A DNA stretch of 64,000 nt, taken from positions 1,248,001 to 1,312,000 of the forward strand of contig CAWAIF010000003.1 in assembly GCA_963782055.1 (NCBI GenBank), given 5' to 3'. The notes under the pieces were generated by a model. That model did no database searches, was not told the DNA's origin, and saw only the letters and a list, made by a program, of their open reading frames with translations. Source of the stretch: an uncultured delta proteobacterium. Lineage in GTDB: Bacteria > Myxococcota_A > Polyangia > Polyangiales > Polyangiaceae. The position numbers and the translations under genes are program-made. Of this stretch, positions 10,783-23,558 are shown one piece after another. Positions within the stretch are counted from its first letter, which is position 1. Each line of letters starts with the position of its first letter.

Positions 10783-13157
10783 GGCGCGCTCCCGTCGGCG
10801 CGCCTGGGCAGGTGCAGCACCTCCGTCATGCTCGGCGGGTCGTAGAGGGCGGCGTAGGTGAGCTCGCTCCCCAGCACGCGCTTGATGTAGCCGCGCGTCT
10901 CGGCGTAGGGGATCTCCTCCACCCACAGGTCGAAGTCGTGCGTGCCGCGCGCGCGCAGCCATGAGCGGACGGCGCCGGGGCCGCCGTTGTACGCGGCGAT
11001 GGCCAGCGAAGGGTTGGCGGAGAAGCTGGACCGGAGGGAGGCGAGCAGCTTGGCGCCGAGTGCGATGGAGACGGTGGGCGTCTCCAGGCCATCCTGATCG
11101 TGCGCGAGGTTGGTGCCGCGCGCGACCAGCCGCGCGGTGGAGGGCATCAGCTGCATCAGCCCGATGGCGCCCGCCGGGCTGTGGATCCCGGCGATGAAGG
11201 CGGACTCCTCGCGCATGACGCCCCACAGCAGCGCGGGGGAGACGGCCTGCGCGGAGGCCTGCTGCCGCACGAGCGGCTCGAACGCCCTGGGGTATGCGGC
11301 GGCCCACGGACGTCGCCACCGCCCCTCCGGGTAGTGGGAGAGGTGCGCCTGCAGCCGGCGGCGGGCGAGGGCGCTGCCGACGTCGGGCGCGCCCGCCTCG
11401 TCGAAGAGCTCGGCGACCGCAAACACCAGGCCGTCGTCGGCGCCGGCGACCGTCGCGTCCGCCGCCGTCATCTCGTCACGCGCCGCGTCCACCTCGCCGA
11501 CGCCGAGCAGGGCGGTCGCCGTGACGAACTCCGGGCGGTGCGTCGGCGCCTCGTCGTGGTCCAGCAGCGCGCCGGGCTCCTCGCGCGACATCGCGTCGCG
11601 CAGCGCGGTCTCGGCGGCCTTCGGGTCCGTCTCGGCGAGGCGCGCCTCGGCCTGGGCCATGAAGTAGCTGAGCGGATACCCCGCGACGACCGCGGCGTAG
11701 CGCCGCCCGGCGTCCGCGGCGTCGCCCGTCATCGCCGCCGCGCGCGCGCGGAAGTACGCCGCCCTCCCGCCTGTCGCCCAGTGGTGGCTGTCTGCGTCCA
11801 GCGTGGCCGCGCGGTCGAGCGGCGCGGTGGCGCCCGCCCAGTCGCCGGCGACCATCCGCGCGAGCGCGACGCGGAAGAGCGCCTCGCTGCGCATGTCCCC
11901 GGAGGGGAAGTCGTCGGCGAGGGCGAGGAGCATCTTCTCCGCCTTCGCCTCGTCGCCCTTGTCTTGCACGATGAGCGCCGCCTGCAGGCGCGCGTCGTCG
12001 GCCAGGTGGTCGTGGGGGAACGCCTTCTCCAGCGCGGCGTATCGTGCGAGGGCCGTGTCGGTGTCGTGCGCGGCGGCGCTCGCCTTGGCGCCGGCGTAGA
12101 GCGCGCGCCCCTCGGCCGCGTCCCCCGCCGGCTTGCACGCCTTGATGACATCCGCCCAGGCCGCGGCGGCCGCGCCGTGCAGCCGCCCGATGGCGCGGGC
12201 GCGCGTGTCCTCCAGCCCGCAGCGCAGCTCCGGCGTCTTCTTGCCCGCGGCGAGGAGCACCCGCTCCGCCTCGGCGCGCGCCTCCTTGGCGTGGCCGGAG
12301 TCCAGCCACGCGCGGGCGCGCCGGGCGCGGTCCTCCGGCGAATCCTTGCGGGGGAGGGAAGGCTCGAGCGCGCGCGCCCGCGCCACCAGCTTGTCGGCCT
12401 CCAGCTTCTCGGCGTGCGCCGGCGCCTCGATGACGACGCGCTCGGCCAGGTCGAACGCCTCCCGCGCGCGGCTCTTCGGATCGCCGTCCTGCCCGTCGAG
12501 CAGGGCGCTCGCCAGGTGCGCGGCGGTCTCCACCCAGCGCGCGCCGTGCGGGTGATCGGCGAGCAGCGTCCGCCAGATGGGCACCGCCTTGCCGCGCTCG
12601 CCGCGCGCGGCGAGGGCCTCCGCGAGGAGGATCTGCGTCTCGGAGGCCAGGGCGATGTCCGGGCTGACGCGCGACGCGCGGGCGACGGCCTCGTCCGCGC
12701 CGCCGGCGCGCTCCCACGCCTCGGCGGCGCGCAGGCGCGCGTAGTCGGCGAGCGGGCAGGGGGCGCCGGCCTCTCCGCCGCCGGTCGCCGCGTCGAAGGC
12801 GTCGGCGGCGCCTCGGTCGTCTCCCGCCAGGGCGCGCAGGCGACCCAGCACGTAGCTCGCGGCGCAACAATCGGCTGGGCCGCCGGCGTCGGCGGCCATC
12901 GCCTCGGCGAGCGCCTTGGCGGCGCCGGCGTAGTCGTGCGCGGTCGCCAGCGCGGAGGCGCCGGCGAAGCGGGGATCGTCGAGCACCACGCGCGGCGCCG
13001 GCGGGTCGAAGGGTGAGCGCGCGCCGGTGTCCTCCGCCGCGCCCGCGTCCGCCACCACCGGCTCGGACGGGGCCTGCGCCTTGGGCTCCGCCGTGCCGCC
13101 CCGGCACGCGGCCGCCGCCAGCGCGGCGGCGAGGATCAGCCGCGCCGGTCGCGCCAT
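10779..13157 (-). CDS. Soluble lytic transglycosylase (Slt) lipoprotein with TPR-like repeats
   Basis: Lipobox (AAAAC). Catalytic motifs MREESAF, GAIGLMQLMP, AAYNGG and EEIPYAETRGY. Confidence 0.9.
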   Translation of the reverse strand: MARPARLILAAALAAAACRGGTAEPKAQAPSEPVVADAGAAEDTGARSPFDPPAPRVVLDDPRFAGASALATAHDYAGAAKALAEAMAADAGGPADCCAASYVLGRLRALAGDDRGAADAFDAATGGGEAGAPCPLADYARLRAAEAWERAGGADEAVARASRVSPDIALASETQILLAEALAARGERGKAVPIWRTLLADHPHGARWVETAAHLASALLDGQDGDPKSRAREAFDLAERVVIEAPAHAEKLEADKLVARARALEPSLPRKDSPEDRARRARAWLDSGHAKEARAEAERVLLAAGKKTPELRCGLEDTRARAIGRLHGAAAAAWADVIKACKPAGDAAEGRALYAGAKASAAAHDTDTALARYAALEKAFPHDHLADDARLQAALIVQDKGDEAKAEKMLLALADDFPSGDMRSEALFRVALARMVAGDWAGATAPLDRAATLDADSHHWATGGRAAYFRARAAAMTGDAADAGRRYAAVVAGYPLSYFMAQAEARLAETDPKAAETALRDAMSREEPGALLDHDEAPTHRPEFVTATALLGVGEVDAARDEMTAADATVAGADDGLVFAVAELFDEAGAPDVGSALARRRLQAHLSHYPEGRWRRPWAAAYPRAFEPLVRQQASAQAVSPALLWGVMREESAFIAGIHSPAGAIGLMQLMPSTARLVARGTNLAHDQDGLETPTVSIALGAKLLASLRSSFSANPSLAIAAYNGGPGAVRSWLRARGTHDFDLWVEEIPYAETRGYIKRVLGSELTYAALYDPPSMTEVLHLPRRADGSAP

Positions 13158-13615
13158 GCCTCCGCGGAAGCCTCCTCTTCGCGCGCCTCGGCTTCCTTCC
13201 GGAGCCGGTTCACGAAGCGCGCCTTGTCCTTGTCCACCACGTCGGCGTCGGCCTTTCGCGCGGCGAGCGCCGTCTTCGCCGCCTGCTCCTGCTCCCGGGC
13301 GGCGGCCTCCTGCTCGGCGGCCGACGCCACCCGGCCTGTCAGCTGCGCTGCCCGGACGCCGGCGCCCACCTCCCACGCCTGAGCTCGCTGCAGGTCCCCG
13401 GCGGAGAGCTCTCCGTGGGCGAGCGAATCTTGCACACCTTCGCGCACCTGGGAGGCAGCGCGCTCTTCCTCGCGCCGCCGCACTTCCGCCGCTTCCCGGG
13501 CGCGCGCCGCCCGCTCCCGCTCGCCCACCCGGGCCGCCAGATCTTTCGTTGCCGCATCCACTTGCGTACCGCGTAGCTTCGCCAAAGGATCCAGCGGGTA
13601 CTTCTGCTTCGCCAT
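13136..13615 (-). CDS. SctO/YscO/FliJ-like T3SS ATPase stalk protein
   Basis: 159-aa coiled coil beginning MAKQKYPLDPLAKLR and ending in an acidic K..E..EE motif. Pattern recalls YscO-like/FliJ stalk proteins such as chlamydial CdsO. Confidence 0.7.
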   Translation of the reverse strand: MAKQKYPLDPLAKLRGTQVDAATKDLAARVGERERAARAREAAEVRRREEERAASQVREGVQDSLAHGELSAGDLQRAQAWEVGAGVRAAQLTGRVASAAEQEAAAREQEQAAKTALAARKADADVVDKDKARFVNRLRKEAEAREEEASAEAWRDRRG

Positions 13616-13663
13616 CCCGGCGGAGTGTCGCACGCCAGAGGGAACGCTGCAGACGCAATCGTG

Positions 13664-14971
13664 ATGCCCAACGACGCCACTTCCTTCCCGGTGCGCATCC
13701 TGGACGCCCTCGGCCCGGCGTGGTTCCGCCGGCTGCCCCTCCTGGTCGCTGCGGGCCTGGCGCTCGCGGCCCTCCCGGCGACCGCCCTCTCGCCCCCCGT
13801 GGCCGCCGCCGTCTTCTGCCTGGCCTTCGCCGCCCTCATCATGCCGAGCCCGGTGCTGCGCCTGCGGGCACGCGCCGGGCGACTGAGGTGTCTGCCCGGC
13901 GCGGTGGAGGTGACGAAGGCGGGCGTCGCGTCGCAGACCCTCCGCGCGCGCGATCTGGTCGGCGCGACCACCGCCAGCGTGCGCGGCAAGATCAGCCTGG
14001 TGCTGGCGCACCGGAAGCGCCGCCTCGCGCCGGTCGTGCTGGAGCTGTCCTCCCGGGCGGAGCTCGACGCCGTGTGCCGCTCCCTCGGCATCGGTCACCA
14101 CGGCTTCGGCCAGGTGGGCTGGGGCGTGCGCCGCGGCAAGGGCTCCGCCCTGGAGGTGACGATGCGCATGCTCACCTCCATGCTCCTCGTGTTCTTCCCC
14201 GTGGCGATGCTCATCGGAGGCGACCTGTGGGACGGGCTGGGCGGTCTGGCCGCGCTCGCGGCCATGGGCGCCGGAGCCCTCGCGGCCGGCGCGTGGGCGA
14301 TCGGCACCGGTGTCGCACCCAGCGTGTACATGGACCCTTCCGGTCTGAGCTACGGCACCGGCGTGCGCCGGCGGCAGGTGAGCTTCGGCGCGATCCACCG
14401 GCTGGAGCTGATGGCGGACGACATCCACGTCGTGACCGACTCCGGCGAGCACGGCCAGCAGCACGACTGGCTGCACGCGCCGCCCAGCCGCTTCGCGCGG
14501 GAGGGCATGAGCGCGGAGGAGCGCGAGCACGCCTTCGCGCAGATGGAGGCCGCGGTGGAGCGGGCGCACGGGCGGTTCGTGCTCAAGGAGGAGGCCGCCT
14601 CCACCGTCGACGTCCTGCGCCGCAACGAGGGCGAGCCCGCCGGCGCGTGGCTGGCGCGGCTGGACGCGCTGAGCGCCGTCGTCGGAGTGCAGGGCTACCG
14701 CGGCGGCGCGCTCGAGGTCGTCGACGTGGAGCGTGTGCTGGCCGACCCGGAGGCGCCCGCCGACATGCGCGCCGGGGCCGCGCGGGTGCTCCGCCGCGTG
14801 GGGTCCCCGGACGACGTGCGCGTGCGCATCGCCGACGTGCTCTCGGCCACGCGCGAGCCCTCCGTCCGCAAGCGCATCGCCGCGGCGATCGACGACGACA
14901 TCGCCCGCGCGGAGATGGTGCTGGACGAGGAGCTGACGCCCGAGCCCACCGTGCCGCGCGCCGCGCGCTGA
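13664..14971 (+). CDS. Hypothetical membrane protein with helical C-terminal domain
   Basis: Two pairs of hydrophobic segments, each followed by a beta-rich stretch. C-terminal GYRG motif and HEAT-like helices. Coding-like codon usage. Confidence 0.65.
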   Translation: MPNDATSFPVRILDALGPAWFRRLPLLVAAGLALAALPATALSPPVAAAVFCLAFAALIMPSPVLRLRARAGRLRCLPGAVEVTKAGVASQTLRARDLVGATTASVRGKISLVLAHRKRRLAPVVLELSSRAELDAVCRSLGIGHHGFGQVGWGVRRGKGSALEVTMRMLTSMLLVFFPVAMLIGGDLWDGLGGLAALAAMGAGALAAGAWAIGTGVAPSVYMDPSGLSYGTGVRRRQVSFGAIHRLELMADDIHVVTDSGEHGQQHDWLHAPPSRFAREGMSAEEREHAFAQMEAAVERAHGRFVLKEEAASTVDVLRRNEGEPAGAWLARLDALSAVVGVQGYRGGALEVVDVERVLADPEAPADMRAGAARVLRRVGSPDDVRVRIADVLSATREPSVRKRIAAAIDDDIARAEMVLDEELTPEPTVPRAAR

Positions 14972-14986
14972 GTCACCGGCGGGCGC

Positions 14987-18316
<3,330 letters not shown>

Positions 18317-18562
18317 GCGCCGAGGCGCGTCGATAGCAGCGCGGAGCGCCGGCGGCTACAGGCAAAGGGTCGCCGGCGTGCGGTCCGGCTGTGGGACCGC
18401 GCGCGGAAAAATCGCGCGCGTGCTGCTTTTTCGCCATCCCCCATGAGCCTCACGGCCTCGATGAGCTGGAGGCGGCGTGCAACACCGAGAATCTCCCGGC
18501 CCGCTGCTCCGTCCAACGGGCATGCTTGTTGATATGAGGTGCCCCGGAGAGGAGCCTGAGCC

Positions 18563-19882
18563 ATGCGCCGCGTCCTGATGTTTCTGCCTTTGCTGCCGCT
18601 TGCAGTGCTCGCCGGCTGCGACCCGGTGGTCTACTACCCACCGTCGACGCAGTACGAAGCCACCGCCACCTACGGCACGCCGGCGGTCACCGTGGAGGGG
18701 CAGCCCAACGTCTCGGGGGAGGTGGTGGTCGGGGGCGGCTACGACGACGAGTACGTCGACACCGACGCGAGCGCCCTCACCGAGTTCCGGGCCACCCTCG
18801 ACCCCTACGGCACCTGGGTGGACGACCCGACGTGGGGCGTGGTGTGGGTCCCGTACGAGTCGACCGTGGGGCGCGACTTCGAGCCCTACACCGCCGGCCA
18901 CTGGGTCTACGACAACGACGACTACGTGTGGGTGAGCGACTACTCCTGGGGCTGGGCCCCCTTCCACTACGGCCGCTGGGTCTACATCGGCGGGCGCGGC
19001 TGGGCGTGGATCCCCGGCCGGCAGTACGCCGGCGCATGGGTCGACTGGCGCGTCGGGGACGAGGGCTACGGCTACGTGGGCTGGGCGCCCATGCCGCCCA
19101 CCTGGTACTGGCACGGTGGCGTGGCGGTCGCGGTGGGGGCCGTCCCCCAGCCGCGGTGGGTCTACCTCTCCCGCAAGGATCTGTTCGAGCGCCACCTGCA
19201 CCACCGCGTGATCGCCGGGCCGCGCGTCGGGCCGATCGCCGAGCACACCCGGCCGTGGAAGCCGGCGTCGCCAGGCGTCGGCCACGGCGGACATCACCGG
19301 CCCGGCCCGCCGCCCACGCGCCTCGGCTTCCAGCCCAAGGCCGTGCCGCACGTCACGCCGAGCGACACCGGCATCGCCCGCGCGCGGCAGCTTCAGCATC
19401 GCCCGCCGCCCGCGCAGCGCGGTCCTGCGGGCCACCCCGGCGGGGTGACGCCTGCGCCGCGGGGGGGAGGTGGCGGCACGCCGCAGCCGCGTGAGCGCTA
19501 CAACCCGCCGACGCCCGCGCCGCAGCACCGGACGCCGACCCCGGCGCCTCGCGAGCGCTACAACCCGCCGACGCCCGCGCCGCAGCACCGGACGCCGACC
19601 CCGGCGCCTCGCGAGCGCTACAACCCGCCGACGCCCGCGCCGCAGCACCGGACGCCGACCCCGGCGCCGACGCAGCACGTCCGCCCGCCGCCCTCGCCGC
19701 CCCCGCAGCAGCACCGGGCGCCCCCCGCGCCGACGGAGCGCATCCATCCCGCGCCGCCGCCGGCGCCGCGACCCTCGCCGCGGCACTTCACGCCGGCTCC
19801 GGCGCCCTCTCCCTCCAACTCGTCGCACAACAAGCCGCCGCCCAAGAAGCCGCCGCCCGCGCGCGGCCGCGCGCCCCGCTGA
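18563..19882 (+). CDS. DUF6600-like (W/Y/G-rich) lipoprotein with Pro-rich tail
   Basis: Lipobox LAGC. LDPYGTWVDDPTWGVVWVP and WGWAPFHYGRW motifs. Pro-rich repetitive C-terminus. Confidence 0.8.
   Translation: MRRVLMFLPLLPLAVLAGCDPVVYYPPSTQYEATATYGTPAVTVEGQPNVSGEVVVGGGYDDEYVDTDASALTEFRATLDPYGTWVDDPTWGVVWVPYESTVGRDFEPYTAGHWVYDNDDYVWVSDYSWGWAPFHYGRWVYIGGRGWAWIPGRQYAGAWVDWRVGDEGYGYVGWAPMPPTWYWHGGVAVAVGAVPQPRWVYLSRKDLFERHLHHRVIAGPRVGPIAEHTRPWKPASPGVGHGGHHRPGPPPTRLGFQPKAVPHVTPSDTGIARARQLQHRPPPAQRGPAGHPGGVTPAPRGGGGGTPQPRERYNPPTPAPQHRTPTPAPRERYNPPTPAPQHRTPTPAPRERYNPPTPAPQHRTPTPAPTQHVRPPPSPPPQQHRAPPAPTERIHPAPPPAPRPSPRHFTPAPAPSPSNSSHNKPPPKKPPPARGRAPR
19493..19668 (+). repeat. Perfect 60-bp coding tandem repeat (about 2.9 copies)
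   Basis: Identical 60-nt units encoding ERYNPPTPAPQHRTPTPAPR. Confidence 0.95.
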
Positions 19883-19972
19883 GAGGCGCTCGGGCCGGGG
19901 GCCGCTCCCGCGCCGCCTCCCCCACGATTGGGCGTGGCCGAATCGGGCTGGCTGACTTACCTTCCCGCCTCC

Positions 19973-21073
19973 ATGACGACGCCCGCCGAGAAGGCCCTCG
20001 CCGACGACCTGGATCGCATCGCCGCCCGCTACGAGTCGCAGTTCTCCGGCCAGCCCCGGAGCAGCCGCAACGTCGACGAGCTGGACGCCATCATCGCGGA
20101 CACCGCGGCGCTGCTCGCCCGCGTCGAGTCCATCCCCGATGCCGTGCGCCCCGCGTCGATGTCGGAGCTCGCCGCGCGGATCCACACCAACCTGGAGATC
20201 TACCAGCGTGAGCGCGGCCTGATCGACGAGGCGAGGAAGATCGGCCCCGGCTTCGAGGAGTTCGCCCCCCTCGCCGCGGCGGCCAACTTCGTCTTCGCGC
20301 GCTACCACCGCCACTTCGCCGGCCAGTCGCGCGCCTCGCGCGATCTCGGCCTCATCCAGGAGATGGTCGACGACCTGGAGACCATCGAGGAGGGCATGGC
20401 GGACATCGTCGGCAGCCACCCCTCCGAGCAGCTCCAGAAGGACGTCGACCTGGTCCGCCGCACCCGCAAGATGTACGCGGACGAGGCGGAGGCCATCACC
20501 GAGGCGCGGACCACCGGCACCGCCGACGAGCGCGCCAGCCGCATGGCGGGCCTCGCCAACGCGCAGTTCAAGCTCTACCAGGACCACTTCGCCGGCCAGC
20601 CGCGGCAGACGCGCCGCCCCGCGCTGCTCATGCGGATGGTCGAGGAGCTGAAGCGCGTCCAGGTGGAGATGAAGGCGCTGCAGAAGGCGGGGGGCCTCTC
20701 CAACGACAGCAACAAGAAGAACGTCGAGATCGTCCAGCGGCAGATGGAGATGTACGAGAAGGAGCTCGGCGAGATCCGCAAGGCGCGCCAGGAGACGCCC
20801 ATGGGCGACCTGATGGGCATGCTCGGCGGGACCGCGAACGAGATCTTCGAGGCGTACAACAAGGACTTCGCCGGCCAGGACCGCAAGACGCGCGACCTGG
20901 CCAAGCTGCGCGTGCTCTGCGACCAGCTCGGGGAGGTGCGCCGGCAGATGGCGGACCTCTCGCGCGCGGAGTCGAGCGTGACCAACGAGCAGAACCTGGA
21001 CATCGTCAGCTCGCAGCTGGCGGCGTACGAGCAGGAGTACGAGGAGATCGAGCGACTGAAGGGGGAGGGGTAG
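19973..21073 (+). CDS. Hypothetical protein with four ~90-aa helical repeats
   Basis: Repeated motif Y...F(A/S)GQ.R..R ... Y..E...I four times. Confidence 0.8.
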   Translation: MTTPAEKALADDLDRIAARYESQFSGQPRSSRNVDELDAIIADTAALLARVESIPDAVRPASMSELAARIHTNLEIYQRERGLIDEARKIGPGFEEFAPLAAAANFVFARYHRHFAGQSRASRDLGLIQEMVDDLETIEEGMADIVGSHPSEQLQKDVDLVRRTRKMYADEAEAITEARTTGTADERASRMAGLANAQFKLYQDHFAGQPRQTRRPALLMRMVEELKRVQVEMKALQKAGGLSNDSNKKNVEIVQRQMEMYEKELGEIRKARQETPMGDLMGMLGGTANEIFEAYNKDFAGQDRKTRDLAKLRVLCDQLGEVRRQMADLSRAESSVTNEQNLDIVSSQLAAYEQEYEEIERLKGEG

Positions 21074-21096
21074 GAGCGCTCCGCCCGCCACCGCGA

Positions 21097-21636
21097 CTAC
21101 GTCGCCATGATCTGCGCGTACTCCGACGCTCTCGCGCGGGGGTCCAGCACCCGCTGAACCTCCGACACGAACCCTCGCCGCGCGGTCACCAGGCGCTGCT
21201 CCGCCTCCTCGCGCGCCGCCCCGCCGTCGTGCCGCAGCGACTCCACCGCGCCGAGGGCCGCCATCAGGTGGTTTAGCACGTCCTGCCGGTGCCCCTGGAA
21301 GGCGAGCTCCTTCTCCTTGCCCTTGCCATCGCCCACGAGGTTGGGGAAAAACCACCGCCCGCGATCGACCAGCGCGGAGAGCGTCGCGGCCGTCGCGCGC
21401 AGCTCCGCACCCCGGGTCGCGGCGTCTTCCTGATCGCGGCACAGGGCGACGGCGCGCGCGATCGACGCCACCGCCTCCGCCGCCCACCCGTGCACGTCCT
21501 CGAAGTAGCGCTCCCGCACCTCGAAGCGCTGGATCGCCGTGCTCCGCCCGGCGACGCGCACGTTCAGCCCGAGCGCCACCACGGACACGACCGCCGAGAC
21601 CACGCCCACCCAGGCCTGCGTGTCGAGCCAGCTCAT
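21097..21636 (-). CDS. Hypothetical protein with N-terminal TM anchor
   Basis: MSWLDTQAWVGVVSAVVSVVALGL followed by a helical domain containing LSALVDRGRWFFPN. Confidence 0.6.
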   Translation of the reverse strand: MSWLDTQAWVGVVSAVVSVVALGLNVRVAGRSTAIQRFEVRERYFEDVHGWAAEAVASIARAVALCRDQEDAATRGAELRATAATLSALVDRGRWFFPNLVGDGKGKEKELAFQGHRQDVLNHLMAALGAVESLRHDGGAAREEAEQRLVTARRGFVSEVQRVLDPRARASEYAQIMAT

Positions 21637-21738
21637 CCCGGTACACCTACCTGCGTCCCGCGCCCGCGTCACCCGCCGCGCCGGCCGCGCCCGCCGCCAC
21701 CCGGTCACCGAGCACGAGCAGCAGCGGCCCCCCTCTGC

Positions 21739-23460
21739 TCACCCCCCCGCCCGCACGAAGGGCAGGTACTTCGCCTGCCACATCTTCGACCGCACGTACT
21801 CGACCCGGTCCCCCGCCGGCGGAGGCCGCCTGGCCACGCCGTCCTTCTCCGCCTGCTCGATCACCCGCGCCGCGACGATGGCGGACACCTCGCGGATCTC
21901 GTCCACCGGCGGGTACACCAGCCCCTTCGCCAGGTACTTCCTGGCGGTGTAGTCGGCGAGCGCGGTGGCCGCGGCGGTCACCATCGCGTCGGTGATCTCC
22001 GAGACCTCCGCGAGGATGGCCCCGAAGCCCAGGCCCGGGAAGATGAAGGCGTTGTTCCCTTGCCCGATCTCGAACGTCTTGCCGCCGTACGCCACCGGCT
22101 CGAACGGACTGCCCGTCGCCACGATGGCCTGCCCGTCGGTCCACGCAAAGATGTCCGCCGGCTGCGCCTCGCACGCGCTCGTCGGGTTGGACAAGGCGAA
22201 GATCACCGGCCGCGCGGTGTTCTTCGTCAGGGCGCGCACCGTCTCCTCCTTGAAGGTGCCCGGCTGGCCGGACAGGCCGAGCAGCACGGTGGCCCGCGAG
22301 TGCACCACCGTCTCCAGGAGGGTAGGCGCTCCGGGCCCACCCCAGCCGGCGACCGCCGTCCCCTTCTTGGCGAAGGGTCGCTTGTAGTCCTCCATGGGGC
22401 GGTCCTCCACGAGCAGCCCCTTGGAGTCGAGGACGAAGAGGCGGCTCATCGCCTCCTCGCGCGAGAGGCCCTCCGCCTCCAGGCCGCGGCACAGCTCCCA
22501 CGCCACGCCCGCGCCGCCGGCGCCTGCGCCGTAGACGATGATGCGCTGCGCGGAGAGCGGCTCGCCGCGCAGCTTGCACGCGGAGAGCACGCCGGCGAGG
22601 GCGACAGCGCCCGTCCCCTGGATGTCGTCGTTGAAGGAGGGCAGGCGCTTGCGGTAGCGCTCGCGCACGGTGAAGGCGGCGTCCTTGGCGAGATCCTCCC
22701 ACTGCAGGATGGCGCGCGGGTAGCGCTCGCGGATGGCGTCGACGAACTTGTCCATGAAGGCGAGGTACTCCTCGCCCTTGAGGCGCTTCTGTCGCACGCC
22801 CAGGTACGCCGGGTGCTCGATGAGGTCCTTGCGATCGGTGCCGACGTCCAGCCCCACGGGCAGCGAGCGGTACGGGCTCACGCCGCCGGCGGCGGTGTAG
22901 AGCGCCAGCTTGCCGATGCTGATCGCGACGCCGCCGTAGCCCTGGTCGCCGATCCCCAGGATGGCGGAGGAGTCGGTCGCCACGATCATGCGCACGTCGT
23001 CGTACAGGTTGTTGTCCGCCACCTCGTGCGCGTGGTCGATGTTGACCGGCGAGAAGGAGAGGCCGCGCGCGGCCTGGTAGATGGCGTGGTACTGCTTCAC
23101 CGCGTCGCCGACGGTGGGCGTGTAGATGATGGGGAGCACCTCCGCGAGGTGGCGGCCGACCATCGCGTAGAAGAGGGTCTCGTTACGCTCCTGCACCGCG
23201 CGCAGGTAGACGTACTTGGCGAGAGGGTTGGGCTCGCGCAGGAAGCCCGCGTAGACGCGAGCCAGCTGCTCCTCCATCGTGGAGACGTGCGGCGGCAGCA
23301 GGCCGTCGAGCCGCAGCGCGCGCCGCTCCTCCACGGAGAAGGCGGAGCCCTTGTTGGTCTGCGCGAGGCGCAGGAGCGCCGGGCCGTCCAGCTGGACGTG
23401 CATCCGGAAGACGCCGTCCGCGTCGCGACGTGTCTCGAAGTAGCGAGAGAGCTTGGGCAT
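21739..23460 (-). CDS. maeA: NAD-dependent malic enzyme
   Basis: NKGSAF, PIIYTPTVG, ILGIGDQG, FNDDIQGTG, GAGAGG, FALSNPT and IGQGNNAFIFPGLG. Confidence 0.93.
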   Translation of the reverse strand: MPKLSRYFETRRDADGVFRMHVQLDGPALLRLAQTNKGSAFSVEERRALRLDGLLPPHVSTMEEQLARVYAGFLREPNPLAKYVYLRAVQERNETLFYAMVGRHLAEVLPIIYTPTVGDAVKQYHAIYQAARGLSFSPVNIDHAHEVADNNLYDDVRMIVATDSSAILGIGDQGYGGVAISIGKLALYTAAGGVSPYRSLPVGLDVGTDRKDLIEHPAYLGVRQKRLKGEEYLAFMDKFVDAIRERYPRAILQWEDLAKDAAFTVRERYRKRLPSFNDDIQGTGAVALAGVLSACKLRGEPLSAQRIIVYGAGAGGAGVAWELCRGLEAEGLSREEAMSRLFVLDSKGLLVEDRPMEDYKRPFAKKGTAVAGWGGPGAPTLLETVVHSRATVLLGLSGQPGTFKEETVRALTKNTARPVIFALSNPTSACEAQPADIFAWTDGQAIVATGSPFEPVAYGGKTFEIGQGNNAFIFPGLGFGAILAEVSEITDAMVTAAATALADYTARKYLAKGLVYPPVDEIREVSAIVAARVIEQAEKDGVARRPPPAGDRVEYVRSKMWQAKYLPFVRAGG

Positions 23461-23558
23461 GACGGGCGGCAGGGTCGCACATTTCCTCGCTCGCGCCGAG
23501 TCGCCCGCGCGGGGCGAACTTGCCCAAAAGTTGGCCGGAGGCGCCACCTCTACATAGC

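Noticed and set aside
4066..11319. 2417-aa ORF as a giant helicase fusion
   Set aside because: It is a chimera of the addB N-terminus, off-frame filler and the addA N-terminus, produced by two frameshifts and stop-poor GC-rich DNA.
19493..19668. Possible CRISPR array
   Set aside because: Contiguous in-frame repeats with no spacers and no cas genes.
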